Source: an uncultured Verrucomicrobiae bacterium
GTDB taxonomy: Bacteria; Verrucomicrobiota; Verrucomicrobiia; Chthoniobacterales; JAFAMB01
Reading direction: 5' to 3'
Length of the DNA stretch: 64,000 nt
NCBI GenBank assembly: GCA_963837955.1
Contig: CAWIPH010000002.1
Coordinates: 672,001-736,000 of the forward strand
This document shows, piece by piece, positions 10,224-19,548 of the stretch. Below the pieces are notes generated by a model. The model was not told the DNA's origin and did not search any database. It was given only the letters and a program-made list of their open reading frames with translations. The first letter of the stretch is position 1. Each line of letters begins with the position of its first letter. The position numbers and the translations under genes were made by a program.

Positions 10224-10264
10224 CCTATAGGGCGCATGGGACTTATAGGTCACATGGGTCCTAG
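10224..10264. repeat. 9-bp-period quasi-palindromic intergenic repeat (CCCATRRGW family)
   Basis: CCTATAGGG CGCATGGGA CTTATAGGT CACATGGGT CCTAG immediately after a stop codon. Confidence 0.8.
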
Positions 10265-10433
10265 CTATCGCTTCTCGGTTAGGTATCGGCCGACGAACTT
10301 TTGAGGCGGTGAAAGAATGACTCTTTCGGATAGGCATAAAACGTCCGTTCTGCCAATGGCGACATTCAGTGTCTCAGTGTTAAGTCGTTATTGTAGAAGG
10401 TTCTTTTTAACTCTCCGGAAGTTAGGAGCATTT

Positions 10434-10967
10434 ATGAAACTAAGAATTCTAGTTGTTGCAGCCATCAGCTTCGGTCTGACATGCGCCGCTCTGGCGGCTG
10501 ACTATAGTGCTTTGGCACAGCAAGGATATCGTTGGGTCACCGTGGATGGACCATATGCTTGTCCCTCTCAGGCGGATGTCCGACGAATCACCGGCCACCG
10601 GACCGACGCGACAGAGCTGCAGATGGTCGACAATCTCCAGGCGTACTACCTTATTACTGGGACTCTAGTTCAGGTAGTCCAGGATGATCCAGCTACGGGA
10701 ATGTCGCAGATTCGTGTGGCAGGGATTACCAAGGGTCTATGGACCGAGACAAAATTTCTCAGCAAGCGTCCGATTCAGGATCCGTACGGGATTATCGAAA
10801 CTCCGGAAAACTCTGGTCTAATCCCGACAGACACCACCGGAATGAGCCAATTGCCTGAACAGCCGGGGGCGATGCCGGTACCTAGTGTAAGTCCGTCGCC
10901 ATCTGCCAGCCCGATGCTTCATACCAAACCTGGGATGATCAGCGGACAAGGGACCCAACAGAAATGA
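10434..10967 (+). CDS. hypothetical secreted protein with Pro/Ser-rich tail
   Basis: AGGAG SD then MKLRILVVAAISFGLTCAALA-ADY signal peptide. Confidence 0.7.
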   Translation: MKLRILVVAAISFGLTCAALAADYSALAQQGYRWVTVDGPYACPSQADVRRITGHRTDATELQMVDNLQAYYLITGTLVQVVQDDPATGMSQIRVAGITKGLWTETKFLSKRPIQDPYGIIETPENSGLIPTDTTGMSQLPEQPGAMPVPSVSPSPSASPMLHTKPGMISGQGTQQK

Positions 10968-11204
10968 AAAGCAAGACGCTTTCAGACTATCCTCTGTTAA
11001 GGTTCTGCGTCGTTCGGTTGAGGATGTTTCCTTAGGCCCACCATTCCAGATTAGCGAGCTGCCCAAAGACGGGAAGGTAAGGTTGCGGAAGGATCAACCA
11101 ATTACGAAAACCTCGCTCCGATGATGGTACAAGGCGGCGTCTGCAAGGGCGCTTTTGAAACAGGGAAGAAGTGTGCAGGATCTGAACGCAAGGGGGAACT
11201 CTGA

Positions 11205-14147
11205 ATGATGAAGATTACAATCAACGGTTCAGGCTACGACGTGGAAGCAGGAGAGCGATTGGTTGATGCAATCAATCGGGCCGGCAAAGAACTTCCCCAA
11301 GTTTGCTATCATCCTCAACTGGGACCCATTCAGACCTGCGACACTTGCCTGGTAGAAATCAACGGCGCTCTCGGCAGAGCCTGCGGGACCATAGTTTCGG
11401 CCGGCATGGAGATCCTAACAGAATCGGCTGTGGCAAAAGCGGCCCAGCGAGAAGCCTTTGACCGGATTTTGGGTAACCACCTTCTCTACTGCACCGTTTG
11501 TGACAATAACAACGGCAACTGCACTGTTCATAACACAACGAAACTCCTGCAGGTCGAGCATCAACAAACACCTTTCCGTCCTAAACCCTACCAAGTCGAC
11601 AACACCAATCCATTTTATCGTTATGATCCTGACCAATGCATCCTGTGCGGCCGCTGCGTGGAGGCTTGTCAGAATCTTCAGGTAAACGAGACGCTCTCCA
11701 TTCGCTGGGAAGATCCTCACCCGCGCGTTCTCTGGGACGGCGGGAAATCGATTGGCGAGTCCAGCTGCGTCTCTTGCGGGCACTGTGTTACGGTCTGCCC
11801 CTGTAACGCTCTCATGGAAAAGTCGATGATCGGCGAAGCAGGGTACATGACCGCCATTCCAACCAAGGCTCTCAGTGGGATGATCGATGTGGTCAAGGGA
11901 ATCGAGCCGGAGCTCGGTTACGGTGCGATTCTTCGAGTCTCCGAGGTCGAAGCAGAAATGCGGGAGCCCCGGATTCGCCGCACCAAAACTGTGTGCACCT
12001 ACTGCGGCGTCGGTTGCAGCTTCGACGTCTGGACCAAGGAGCGTCACATTCTCAAAGTGGAACCCTTGGAAGGCCCTGCCAATGGTGTTTCAACCTGTGT
12101 AAAAGGCAAGTTCGGATGGGACTACGTGAACGACAAGGATCGATTAACCAAGCCACTTATTCGAGAGGGAGAACGCTTCCGCGAAGCTTCCTGGGATGAG
12201 GCGCTCGGCTTGGTTGCAAGCAAGTTGGCAGAGCTAAAGGAGAGCGACGGACCTGATTCCATCGGATTCATCGCCTCTTCCAAGTGTACCAACGAAGAAG
12301 CTTATCTCATGCAGAAGCTGGCTCGGGCTGTGATCGGCACAAACAATGTCGACAACTGCTCACGGTATTGTCAGTCACCCGCGACCATGGGTCTTTTTCG
12401 AACCGTCGGATATGGCGGCGATACCGGGTCCATCAAAGAGATTGAGCGGGCCGGCTTGGTAATAATTGTAGGTGCCAACACAGCAGAGAGCCATCCAGTC
12501 CTCGCGACGCGAATCAAGCGGTCCCACAAACTTCGAGATCAAAAGCTGATTGTCGCCGATCTGCGAAAAAATGAGATGGCAAAGCGAGCCGATATTCATC
12601 TGCAGCCTCGGCCTGGTACCGACCTGGTATGGCTATCCGCGATTAGCCGTTATGTGATCGATCAGGGATTAGCGAAAATGCCCTTCGTGAATCAGTGGGT
12701 GAACGGGTTTGAGGAATACAAAAAAAGTCTTGAGCCGTTCACGATGGAGTTGGCCGAACAGGTTTGCGATATTCCGATGGCCACGCTCAAGCAGGTGGCC
12801 GAGATGATCGTCGCGGCCGATGGCGTCGCGATTTGTTGGGCAATGGGCGTCACTCAGCATGGCAACGGGTCCGATACTTCCACCGCTATTTCGAACTTGC
12901 TGCTCGTTACGGGCAACTATATGCGTCCGGGTGCAGGGTCCTATCCGTTGCGCGGGCACAACAATGTGCAGGGCGCTTCGGACATGGGCGCCATGCCAGA
13001 TCGGTTTCCGGGTTATCAATTCGTCAACGATCCAGACATACGAGCTCGTTTCGAAAGCGGTTGGAACACGAGCTTGCCGCGCACTCCTGGCCTCGACAAC
13101 CACGAAATGGTAGACGCGATTCTCGCCGGCAAACTCAAGGCCATGTACATGTACGGCGAGGAAATGAGCTTGGTGGATTCAAACTCGAACCTCGTTAGCA
13201 GAGCCTTCCAGAAACTGGAGTTCTTCGTCATGCAGGATATCTTCTTTACTGATACTTGTCGGTTTGCCGACGTGGTATTTCCAGCTTCGCCCAGCCTCGA
13301 AAAAGAGGGGACGTTTACCAACACGGAGCGACGAATTCAGCGGCTTTACCGCGTGTTTGAGCCTCTGGCTGATACAAAACCCGACTGGCAAATTATCCAG
13401 GCGGTGGCAAATCGGTTAGGTGCAGATTGGAAGTATCAGCATCCTTCCGAAATCATGGATGAAATAGCTTCTCTTACGCCTCTCTTCGCCGGCGTCACGT
13501 ACGAAAGACTGGAAGGATACAAATCGCTCCAATGGCCAGTGCACCCGGATGGCACCGATGAACCGCTCCTCTTTACACAGCGTTTCAACTTCCCAGACGG
13601 CAAGGCGCGATTCTACCCGTTGCAGTGGATCGAACCATCTGAACAGCTCGACGCGGAATTCGATCTGCATCTGAACAATGGCCGCCTGCTTGAGCACTTC
13701 CATGAAGGGAATATGACCTACCGAGTCAACGGCATTAAACAGAAAACGCCCGATAACTGGGTTGAGATTTCACCGGAACTCGCAGCCGAGCGGCAGATCG
13801 AGAGTGGGCGCTGGGTACAACTCACTTCTAGGTACGGACATGTTAGAGTGCGCGCTCTGGTGACAGATCGAGTGCGTGGTCATGAGCTTTATATGCCAAT
13901 GAATTCGAGCGAACACGCAGTCAACCGACTAACTAGTAGTTTCACTGATCGGGCGACTCATACTCCTGCTTATAAAGAGGTGGCAGTAAAGATGAAGGTA
14001 CTTTCAGAATTGGGGGAAAACCCGCTTCCTCGAACAAATTTTCGTTTCGGAAATCCTACCCCCCAGCGCGGTGTAGAAGTCGAGCGAAAATGGAAGCGTC
14101 CTGGTTATTACCTACCCGGAACACGTAATGGTGACCGCAACGAGTAG
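11205..14147 (+). CDS. fdhF: formate dehydrogenase alpha subunit, YjgC/ForC-like non-canonical type
   Basis: N-terminal 2Fe-2S and 4Fe-4S motifs (CILCGRCVEAC, CVSCGHCVTVCP), CTYCGVGC, active-site NCSRYCQ, RGHNNVQG, EKEGTFTNTERRIQ. Confidence 0.93.
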   Translation: MMKITINGSGYDVEAGERLVDAINRAGKELPQVCYHPQLGPIQTCDTCLVEINGALGRACGTIVSAGMEILTESAVAKAAQREAFDRILGNHLLYCTVCDNNNGNCTVHNTTKLLQVEHQQTPFRPKPYQVDNTNPFYRYDPDQCILCGRCVEACQNLQVNETLSIRWEDPHPRVLWDGGKSIGESSCVSCGHCVTVCPCNALMEKSMIGEAGYMTAIPTKALSGMIDVVKGIEPELGYGAILRVSEVEAEMREPRIRRTKTVCTYCGVGCSFDVWTKERHILKVEPLEGPANGVSTCVKGKFGWDYVNDKDRLTKPLIREGERFREASWDEALGLVASKLAELKESDGPDSIGFIASSKCTNEEAYLMQKLARAVIGTNNVDNCSRYCQSPATMGLFRTVGYGGDTGSIKEIERAGLVIIVGANTAESHPVLATRIKRSHKLRDQKLIVADLRKNEMAKRADIHLQPRPGTDLVWLSAISRYVIDQGLAKMPFVNQWVNGFEEYKKSLEPFTMELAEQVCDIPMATLKQVAEMIVAADGVAICWAMGVTQHGNGSDTSTAISNLLLVTGNYMRPGAGSYPLRGHNNVQGASDMGAMPDRFPGYQFVNDPDIRARFESGWNTSLPRTPGLDNHEMVDAILAGKLKAMYMYGEEMSLVDSNSNLVSRAFQKLEFFVMQDIFFTDTCRFADVVFPASPSLEKEGTFTNTERRIQRLYRVFEPLADTKPDWQIIQAVANRLGADWKYQHPSEIMDEIASLTPLFAGVTYERLEGYKSLQWPVHPDGTDEPLLFTQRFNFPDGKARFYPLQWIEPSEQLDAEFDLHLNNGRLLEHFHEGNMTYRVNGIKQKTPDNWVEISPELAAERQIESGRWVQLTSRYGHVRVRALVTDRVRGHELYMPMNSSEHAVNRLTSSFTDRATHTPAYKEVAVKMKVLSELGENPLPRTNFRFGNPTPQRGVEVERKWKRPGYYLPGTRNGDRNE

Positions 14148-14168
14148 AAAATTTTACGAGGAGAAGTT

Positions 14169-14639
14169 ATGGCCGTCCCGATCAGCTTAGAATCTTTGCC
14201 TCGTGGCGCGCATGAAGAATTGCGGGGTCATTTGGACCAGGCGCCGGCGGAGCACGCCAAGGCGTTGTTGGCGGCGTACAACCTCCTCCAAGAGTTACAT
14301 GATCGTGGAATCCTGGACACGTTGACAGGAGCTTTGAGCTCCAGCGATTTTATTCTCGAGACGCTAGTAGAAACTGCTAAAACTCCCGAGACCATTCGGA
14401 CCATTCGCAATCTCTTATTATTGAGCAAGGTGTTGGGCAGCATCGAACCTGAGCTGCTGGATCGCATCGCCGAAGCGGTTCCGGAAGGGTTAGCACAGAT
14501 CCCGGCCATGAAAACCGAGACCCCAGGGCTATTCTCTCTCCTGCAGAAGCTTAACAGCCAAGATTCCCGCCGCGGAATGGCGTTTGCCGTTGCGCTACTC
14601 GAGAGCCTCGGAAAACGTCTGGCGCCGGCGACCAGCTAG
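14169..14639 (+). CDS. DUF1641-type partner of the formate dehydrogenase (YjgD/ForE-like)
   Basis: MAVPI start, LQELHDRGILD, GLFSLLQKL..D.RRG; directly downstream of the YjgC-type fdh. Confidence 0.85.
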   Translation: MAVPISLESLPRGAHEELRGHLDQAPAEHAKALLAAYNLLQELHDRGILDTLTGALSSSDFILETLVETAKTPETIRTIRNLLLLSKVLGSIEPELLDRIAEAVPEGLAQIPAMKTETPGLFSLLQKLNSQDSRRGMAFAVALLESLGKRLAPATS

Positions 14640-14687
14640 GCTGCCTTCTTCATCCCAGTCGATACGCTCCTATTCCGGAAGGAGGGA

Positions 14688-14721
14688 CCTATAAGTCTCA
14701 TAGGTCACCATGGGTCCTATG
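14688..14721. repeat. 9-bp-period quasi-palindromic intergenic repeat
   Basis: CCTATAAGT CTCATAGGT CACCATGGGT CCTATG. Confidence 0.75.
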
Positions 14722-14796
14722 CCATTATTTGCCGATTTTTTGCTTTGCTTGCCCAATGAAGGTTTTTTGGCAGAATGAAACATAGCCGACCAACCC

Positions 14797-15135
14797 ATGA
14801 AAAAGCCTTCCTCCGCAAAATCTAAAAATAAGATACCGGCACGGTATCAGCAATTCGCGAAAAGTTACCCAGCTGTTATGCAGGCCGTCGAGGCGCTCGG
14901 TGAAGCAACTCAGTCAGCTGGACCGTTGAACAGCAAAACCCGCGCACTCGCGAAGCTGGCAATAGCCGTTGGCGCGTTGCGAGAGGGTGCCGTGCATAGT
15001 CATACGCGCCGGGCGTTGGAGGCAGGTTGCACCCCCGACGAGCTACGGCACATGGGGGTGCTGGCAATCACGACGCTCGGTTTTCCTAGTACCATGGCAG
15101 CAATGTCGTGGATTGAAGATATCCTCCGAACGTGA
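14797..15135 (+). CDS. carboxymuconolactone decarboxylase/AhpD-like family protein
   Basis: GPL..KTRALAKLAIAVG...GAVHSHTRRALEAG.TPDEL..TTLGFP; no CxxC. Confidence 0.85.
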   Translation: MKKPSSAKSKNKIPARYQQFAKSYPAVMQAVEALGEATQSAGPLNSKTRALAKLAIAVGALREGAVHSHTRRALEAGCTPDELRHMGVLAITTLGFPSTMAAMSWIEDILRT

Positions 15136-15209
15136 CGTTGCTTTGAAAATTTAGCAGTCGTTTGTGGACAGCTCCGAATGAAGCGTGCCTGACGACCGGC
15201 GGGAGTAAG

Positions 15210-15383
15210 TCATGGCTGGCGACCCACTTGTTGAACTTCTTGAGCTCTTCTACCGTTAGAAGAAGAGCTCTTCGGCCTGGCTCCACTCGTAAAAAAGAAG
15301 GAAACAAAAGCGCAGCATAGAAGAGCAGCTGCCAACCAATAGTATATCGCGGCCGGCCTCTTCCGCCTATAGTACGTAGCCAT
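15210..15383 (-). CDS. possible 57-aa single-TM small protein, below the ORF track cutoff
   Basis: Hand translation MATYYRRKRPAAIYYWLAAALLCCAFVSFFFTSGARP...; basic N-terminus then TM; co-oriented just downstream of the YdeP-like gene. Confidence 0.3.
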   Translation of the reverse strand: MATYYRRKRPAAIYYWLAAALLCCAFVSFFFTSGARPKSSSSNGRRAQEVQQVGRQP

Positions 15384-15443
15384 TTTTTCCGATACGGTTA
15401 ACTATTTGAGGTGGAGGCATTGTCCAAAAATGCTCCGGCCGGA

Positions 15444-17858
15444 CTAACGATTGCCTGTCTCTGCTGCCTCGTGTACCGCTGCTTGGAGGCGGGCCACTCC
15501 TGCCTTTATGTTTCGCGAGGGAGAAACGGTAATGACTACAAATTTGGAAGTTGGTGTGTTGCTCCGCTCGGCCACGCTGTCGATCGGCACCAGAACATTC
15601 GCTTCGGGAAAATAGGTGGCAGCGCACCCACGCGGAATTTCGAACGGAGTGACGAGAAAGTATTTAGCTACCCGCTTTTTTCCTTTGAAGTGACTGGCAA
15701 GATCGACCAGTTGGCCTGCTGCGAGCCCGGCTTCAGCCAGATCCTCGGGATTTAAGAAGATAACGCGCCGGCCGTTGTAAATGCCGCGGTACCGATCGTC
15801 CAAACCGTAGATGGTGGTATTGAACTGATCGTGAGACCGAATGGTCATCATAATGTACTGGCCCAGCTGAAGCTCGTTTGGCTCAATGGCGTGAACCGTG
15901 AACTTCGCTTTGCTTGCATCGGTAAGGAATCGGCGTTCGTCTCGTGCCGGATTAGGCAGATAAAATATGTCTTGAGCGATACGCTGATTGAAATTGTCGA
16001 AACCAGGAATCACCCGCTCGATGTGGTCCCGAATCCGGCCGTAGTCAGCAATAAGCTCCTCCCATGGAACCGTGGTCCGGTCGCCGAGGACTGCTTGGGC
16101 TAACCCTGCAATGATAGCGGGTTCACTTAGCAAATGCTCACTGGCCGGTTCGAGATCGCCGCGCGAGGAACTGATTACTCCCATACTATCTTCAACGGTT
16201 ACGAATTGATCGCCCTCCGTCTGGCGATCGATTTCCGTGCGTCCCAAGCAAGGCAGGATCAGAGCGATCTGGCCCGTGATCAAGTGCGAACGGTTAAGCT
16301 TGGTCGATACGTGAGCGGTCAGCCGGCAATTCTGGAGAGCGCGTGCGGTGAACTCAGTATCGGGCGTTGCGGAAAGGAAGTTCCCTCCTAACGCAAAGAA
16401 GATCCTGATGCGGCCGTCATGCATGGCTTTGATGCTATCGACTGCGTCAGTCCCATGTTCTCGCGGCGGAGTGAAGTTAAACTCTGCGCCAAGTCGATCG
16501 AGGAACCGATCGCTCATTTTCTCCCAGATCCCCATGGTGCGGTCACCCTGCACGTTGCTATGGCCGCGCACCGGACATGGGCCCGCGCCTGGTCGACCAA
16601 TGTTACCGCGCAGCAGCAAAAAATTGATCACTTCCTGGATCGTGGCCACTGCGTTTTTGTGTTGGGTCAGTCCCATGGCCCAACAACAGATAATGGAGCG
16701 AGAGTTCAGTGCAATTTCAGCTGCTGCTCGGATCTGGTCGCGGTTTAAGCCGCTGCTTGAGAGAATCTCTTCCCAACTGGTCGCGCGTAAACCAGCGACG
16801 AACTCGTCGTAGCCAACAGTATGTTGCTGGATGAAATCCCGATCAAAGATTTCTCCAGGACGTCGATCTTCCTCGGCAAGCATTTCTTTCATCATCCCCC
16901 TCAACAAGGCGATGTCTCCATTGATGCGAACCGGTAACCAAAGATCGCTTAATTTCGTCCCCCGGTTAAGCAACATTTTCGTCGGGAAGGCGAATGGATT
17001 TGAGAGGTATTCCTGCGGATTGGGATTCACCACGCGCATCAACCCGGTTTCGGGTAAAGGATTGATTGCGACGATTTTCGCACCCTGTTTTTTAGCGTGT
17101 TCCAACGCGGTTAACATCCGCGGATGGTTCGTTCCGGGATTCTGGCCGATGATAAAGATAGCGTCTGTCTTTTCGAAATCGTCCAGAGTGAGACATCCTT
17201 TACCGATACCAATCGCGTCGTTCATGGCCGCGCCACTTGACTCGTGACACATGTTAGAGCAATCGGGCAGGTTATTGGTGCCAAATTGACGTACAAATAA
17301 TTGGTAGAGAAATGCTGCCTCGTTACTAGTGCGCCCGCTGGTATAGAAGGCAGCTTCATTCAGCGACGTCAGGGAATTCAGCTCACTCGCAATCAATTGA
17401 AATGCTTGATCCCAGGAAATCGGTTCATATTGATCGCTGTTCGCTCGTTTAACCATCGGCTCGGTGAGTCTTCCCTGTGATCCGAGCCAGTAATCCGATC
17501 GCTGCTTTAGATCGGTGATGCTGTGGTTGCTGAAGAACTCCGAGCCAATCCTTTTCGTAGTTGCTTCGTCAGCAATGGCTTTGACCCCGTTCTCACAGAA
17601 CTCGAGCACGTGGCGGTGATCTTGTGGACTGGGCCAGGCACAGCTCTGACAATCGAATCCCTGTTTTTGGTTAACTTTGGTCCACGTGCTCAGACCCCGT
17701 AGAACTCCCATCTTCTGCAAAGTAAAGCGACCGCTCTGATAGAGGGCCGGAAGTCCGGCTGCCACGCGGTGGGGATGACCTATGCGAGTTCCAGCGATTT
17801 CGGCTGGCGGTTGTGCGCCAGCGACAGGTGATTCCGACGATGAATCCGAAGGCTTCAT
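15444..17858 (-). CDS. FdhF/YdeP family molybdopterin oxidoreductase (Fdh4A-like)
   Basis: GFDCQSCAWP, EFCENGVKA, YTSGRTSNEAA, NNLPDCSNMCHE, RGHSNVQGDRTMGI, RSHDQFNTTIYG. Confidence 0.93.
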   Translation of the reverse strand: MKPSDSSSESPVAGAQPPAEIAGTRIGHPHRVAAGLPALYQSGRFTLQKMGVLRGLSTWTKVNQKQGFDCQSCAWPSPQDHRHVLEFCENGVKAIADEATTKRIGSEFFSNHSITDLKQRSDYWLGSQGRLTEPMVKRANSDQYEPISWDQAFQLIASELNSLTSLNEAAFYTSGRTSNEAAFLYQLFVRQFGTNNLPDCSNMCHESSGAAMNDAIGIGKGCLTLDDFEKTDAIFIIGQNPGTNHPRMLTALEHAKKQGAKIVAINPLPETGLMRVVNPNPQEYLSNPFAFPTKMLLNRGTKLSDLWLPVRINGDIALLRGMMKEMLAEEDRRPGEIFDRDFIQQHTVGYDEFVAGLRATSWEEILSSSGLNRDQIRAAAEIALNSRSIICCWAMGLTQHKNAVATIQEVINFLLLRGNIGRPGAGPCPVRGHSNVQGDRTMGIWEKMSDRFLDRLGAEFNFTPPREHGTDAVDSIKAMHDGRIRIFFALGGNFLSATPDTEFTARALQNCRLTAHVSTKLNRSHLITGQIALILPCLGRTEIDRQTEGDQFVTVEDSMGVISSSRGDLEPASEHLLSEPAIIAGLAQAVLGDRTTVPWEELIADYGRIRDHIERVIPGFDNFNQRIAQDIFYLPNPARDERRFLTDASKAKFTVHAIEPNELQLGQYIMMTIRSHDQFNTTIYGLDDRYRGIYNGRRVIFLNPEDLAEAGLAAGQLVDLASHFKGKKRVAKYFLVTPFEIPRGCAATYFPEANVLVPIDSVAERSNTPTSKFVVITVSPSRNIKAGVARLQAAVHEAAETGNR

Positions 17859-17958
17859 AGAATGTAATCCCGGCCGAGTAACTTGCGATGACGGTGACGC
17901 ATCAATTAATTCCTATTCGTGCGTCTCAAGCTCAGATGCGCGGTATCCGGCAGAAAGG

Positions 17959-17995
17959 CGAAAGTGTGTCACTTTCTGACGAAATCTTTACACTT
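17959..17995 (-). promoter_or_regulatory. putative AraC-family binding site upstream of the YdeP-like gene
   Basis: Minus strand AAGTGTAAAGATTTCG-TCAGA-AAGTGACACACTTTCG: direct repeat with 21-bp period; 36/37 identical to 19512-19548. Confidence 0.65.
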
Positions 17996-18030
17996 GCGCC
18001 CCGGTTGATTTGGATTTGATCCGAGACGCT

Positions 18031-19410
18031 TCAGCTTGCCCGCACGGGCTCACTGCGTACACGCTTGCCGCGCATGGCAAGAGGCAACAAGCTTGAAACC
18101 AGCATTACCGAGGCGATGATTTTCAACGCTCCGCTATAGCTGCCCGTAGCCTCATGGATGCGAGCGATTAAGAGAGGGCCGAGGACACCCCCGAAACCCC
18201 ATGCAGTTAGCATGAGTCCATAAATCGAGCCAACAGACTTTGGCCCGAAGTGATCGGTGGCGAACGCCGGCATGGTGCCGAAGGCGCCTCCATAGCAGCT
18301 AAGTATCACAAAAGCCAAAGTGACAAGTATCGCGAAATCCCGTTGCGCGGGCAGGAAAAAGAAGAGCACCGCCTGGAGCAAGAACATGACCAAGAACACA
18401 CTGGGGCGCCCCACGGCATCAGAAAGCCAAGCCCAAAGCAGCCGACCGGCGCCGTTCGCGATCGAAATGATCCCCACCATGCCTGCAGCAACGATGGGGG
18501 GTACACCGCTGATTTCTCCGGCCATCGGTGCAGCTTGAGAGATGATGCTAATTCCGGCAGTGACGTTCAGAAAGAGAATGGCCCACAGCGCATACCATTG
18601 CCAGGTGGACAGGGCCTGCTGGAGAGTGTAATCCCGAGTTGCCAACTGTTTCTGTTTCTTCGCAGAGGGCTGCCAACCCTTCGGTACCCAACCCGGCGGC
18701 GGATTACTCATGACCGAGGCCCCAGCTACAACCATGACTAAGTAAATGATACCCAGGATGCCTAATGTTTGCAGGACACCCACCCGCTCGATCAGAGTAG
18801 CGGCCACCGGAGCGGTGAGCAGCGCTCCAGCGCCGAAGCCGGCCACTGCGAGTCCCGTAATGAACCCTCGCCGATCTGGGAACCACTTAACCAGTGTGGC
18901 GACTGGCACAATGTAGCCGAGGCCTAGTCCCAAACCGCCCAGAACCCCATAGCTAAGGTAGAGGACCCAGAGCCGACCGGCCGAAAGGCTACTCAAAGCC
19001 ACGCCTAGGCCATAACAAATCCCTGCTACGATTCCCACTGTACGCGGACCCACGCGACTCATCCAGAGCCCCCCCAAAAAAGCCGCAAAGCCTAACACCA
19101 GAATCGCTATCGAGAAGGTAAGGGTCACCTCAGAGTTCGACCACCCGAAAGTTTTCACCAACGGATTCAGGAACACGCTCCAGGCGTAAACCGCTCCGAA
19201 AGCAAGTCGCATTAACACGCCCGCACCTGCGAGCAACCAGCGGTTGGTCGGCCTTTGTTTCGTTGTTTCTTGGGCGCTTGGCAGACCCTGTGCCGAAAGG
19301 CCGGAGGCTGCGCGGTGGGGATAACCAATTCGAGTTCCGGGGATTTCGGACGGCGGTCGTACTTCGGGGATAGACGTTGAGAGATTTAATGATGAATCGT
19401 CAGGCTTCAT
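18031..19410 (-). CDS. OFA family MFS transporter (oxalate/formate antiporter-like)
   Basis: GAVYAWSVF, LVKWFPDRRGFITGLAVAGFG, NGAGRLLWAWLSD, YGGAFGTMPA; N-terminal ~40 aa homologous to the YdeP N-terminus. Confidence 0.93.
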   Translation of the reverse strand: MKPDDSSLNLSTSIPEVRPPSEIPGTRIGYPHRAASGLSAQGLPSAQETTKQRPTNRWLLAGAGVLMRLAFGAVYAWSVFLNPLVKTFGWSNSEVTLTFSIAILVLGFAAFLGGLWMSRVGPRTVGIVAGICYGLGVALSSLSAGRLWVLYLSYGVLGGLGLGLGYIVPVATLVKWFPDRRGFITGLAVAGFGAGALLTAPVAATLIERVGVLQTLGILGIIYLVMVVAGASVMSNPPPGWVPKGWQPSAKKQKQLATRDYTLQQALSTWQWYALWAILFLNVTAGISIISQAAPMAGEISGVPPIVAAGMVGIISIANGAGRLLWAWLSDAVGRPSVFLVMFLLQAVLFFFLPAQRDFAILVTLAFVILSCYGGAFGTMPAFATDHFGPKSVGSIYGLMLTAWGFGGVLGPLLIARIHEATGSYSGALKIIASVMLVSSLLPLAMRGKRVRSEPVRAS

Positions 19411-19511
19411 AGACTGTGACGCCCGCCGTGTAGCTGGCGATGACGACAGCGCGTCGAGCGACTCCTATTCGTTATCTCTAAAGCTCAGAAGCGCAGCATC
19501 CGGAGGAAAGC

Positions 19512-19548
19512 CGAAAGTGTGTCACTTTCTGACGAGATCTTTACACTT
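19512..19548 (-). promoter_or_regulatory. putative AraC-family binding site upstream of the OFA transporter
   Basis: Second copy of the 37-bp element; first half-site overlaps the TAA stop of the araC gene. Confidence 0.65.

Noticed and set aside
11169..11184. AAGTGTGCAGGATCTG upstream of fdhF, resembling a half-site of the AraC-type element
   Set aside because: Needs a gap to align and has no second half-site at 21 bp
12373..12375. Selenocysteine or recoding at the FDH active site
   Set aside because: The frame is open with Cys (TGT) in NCSRYCQ; no in-frame TGA
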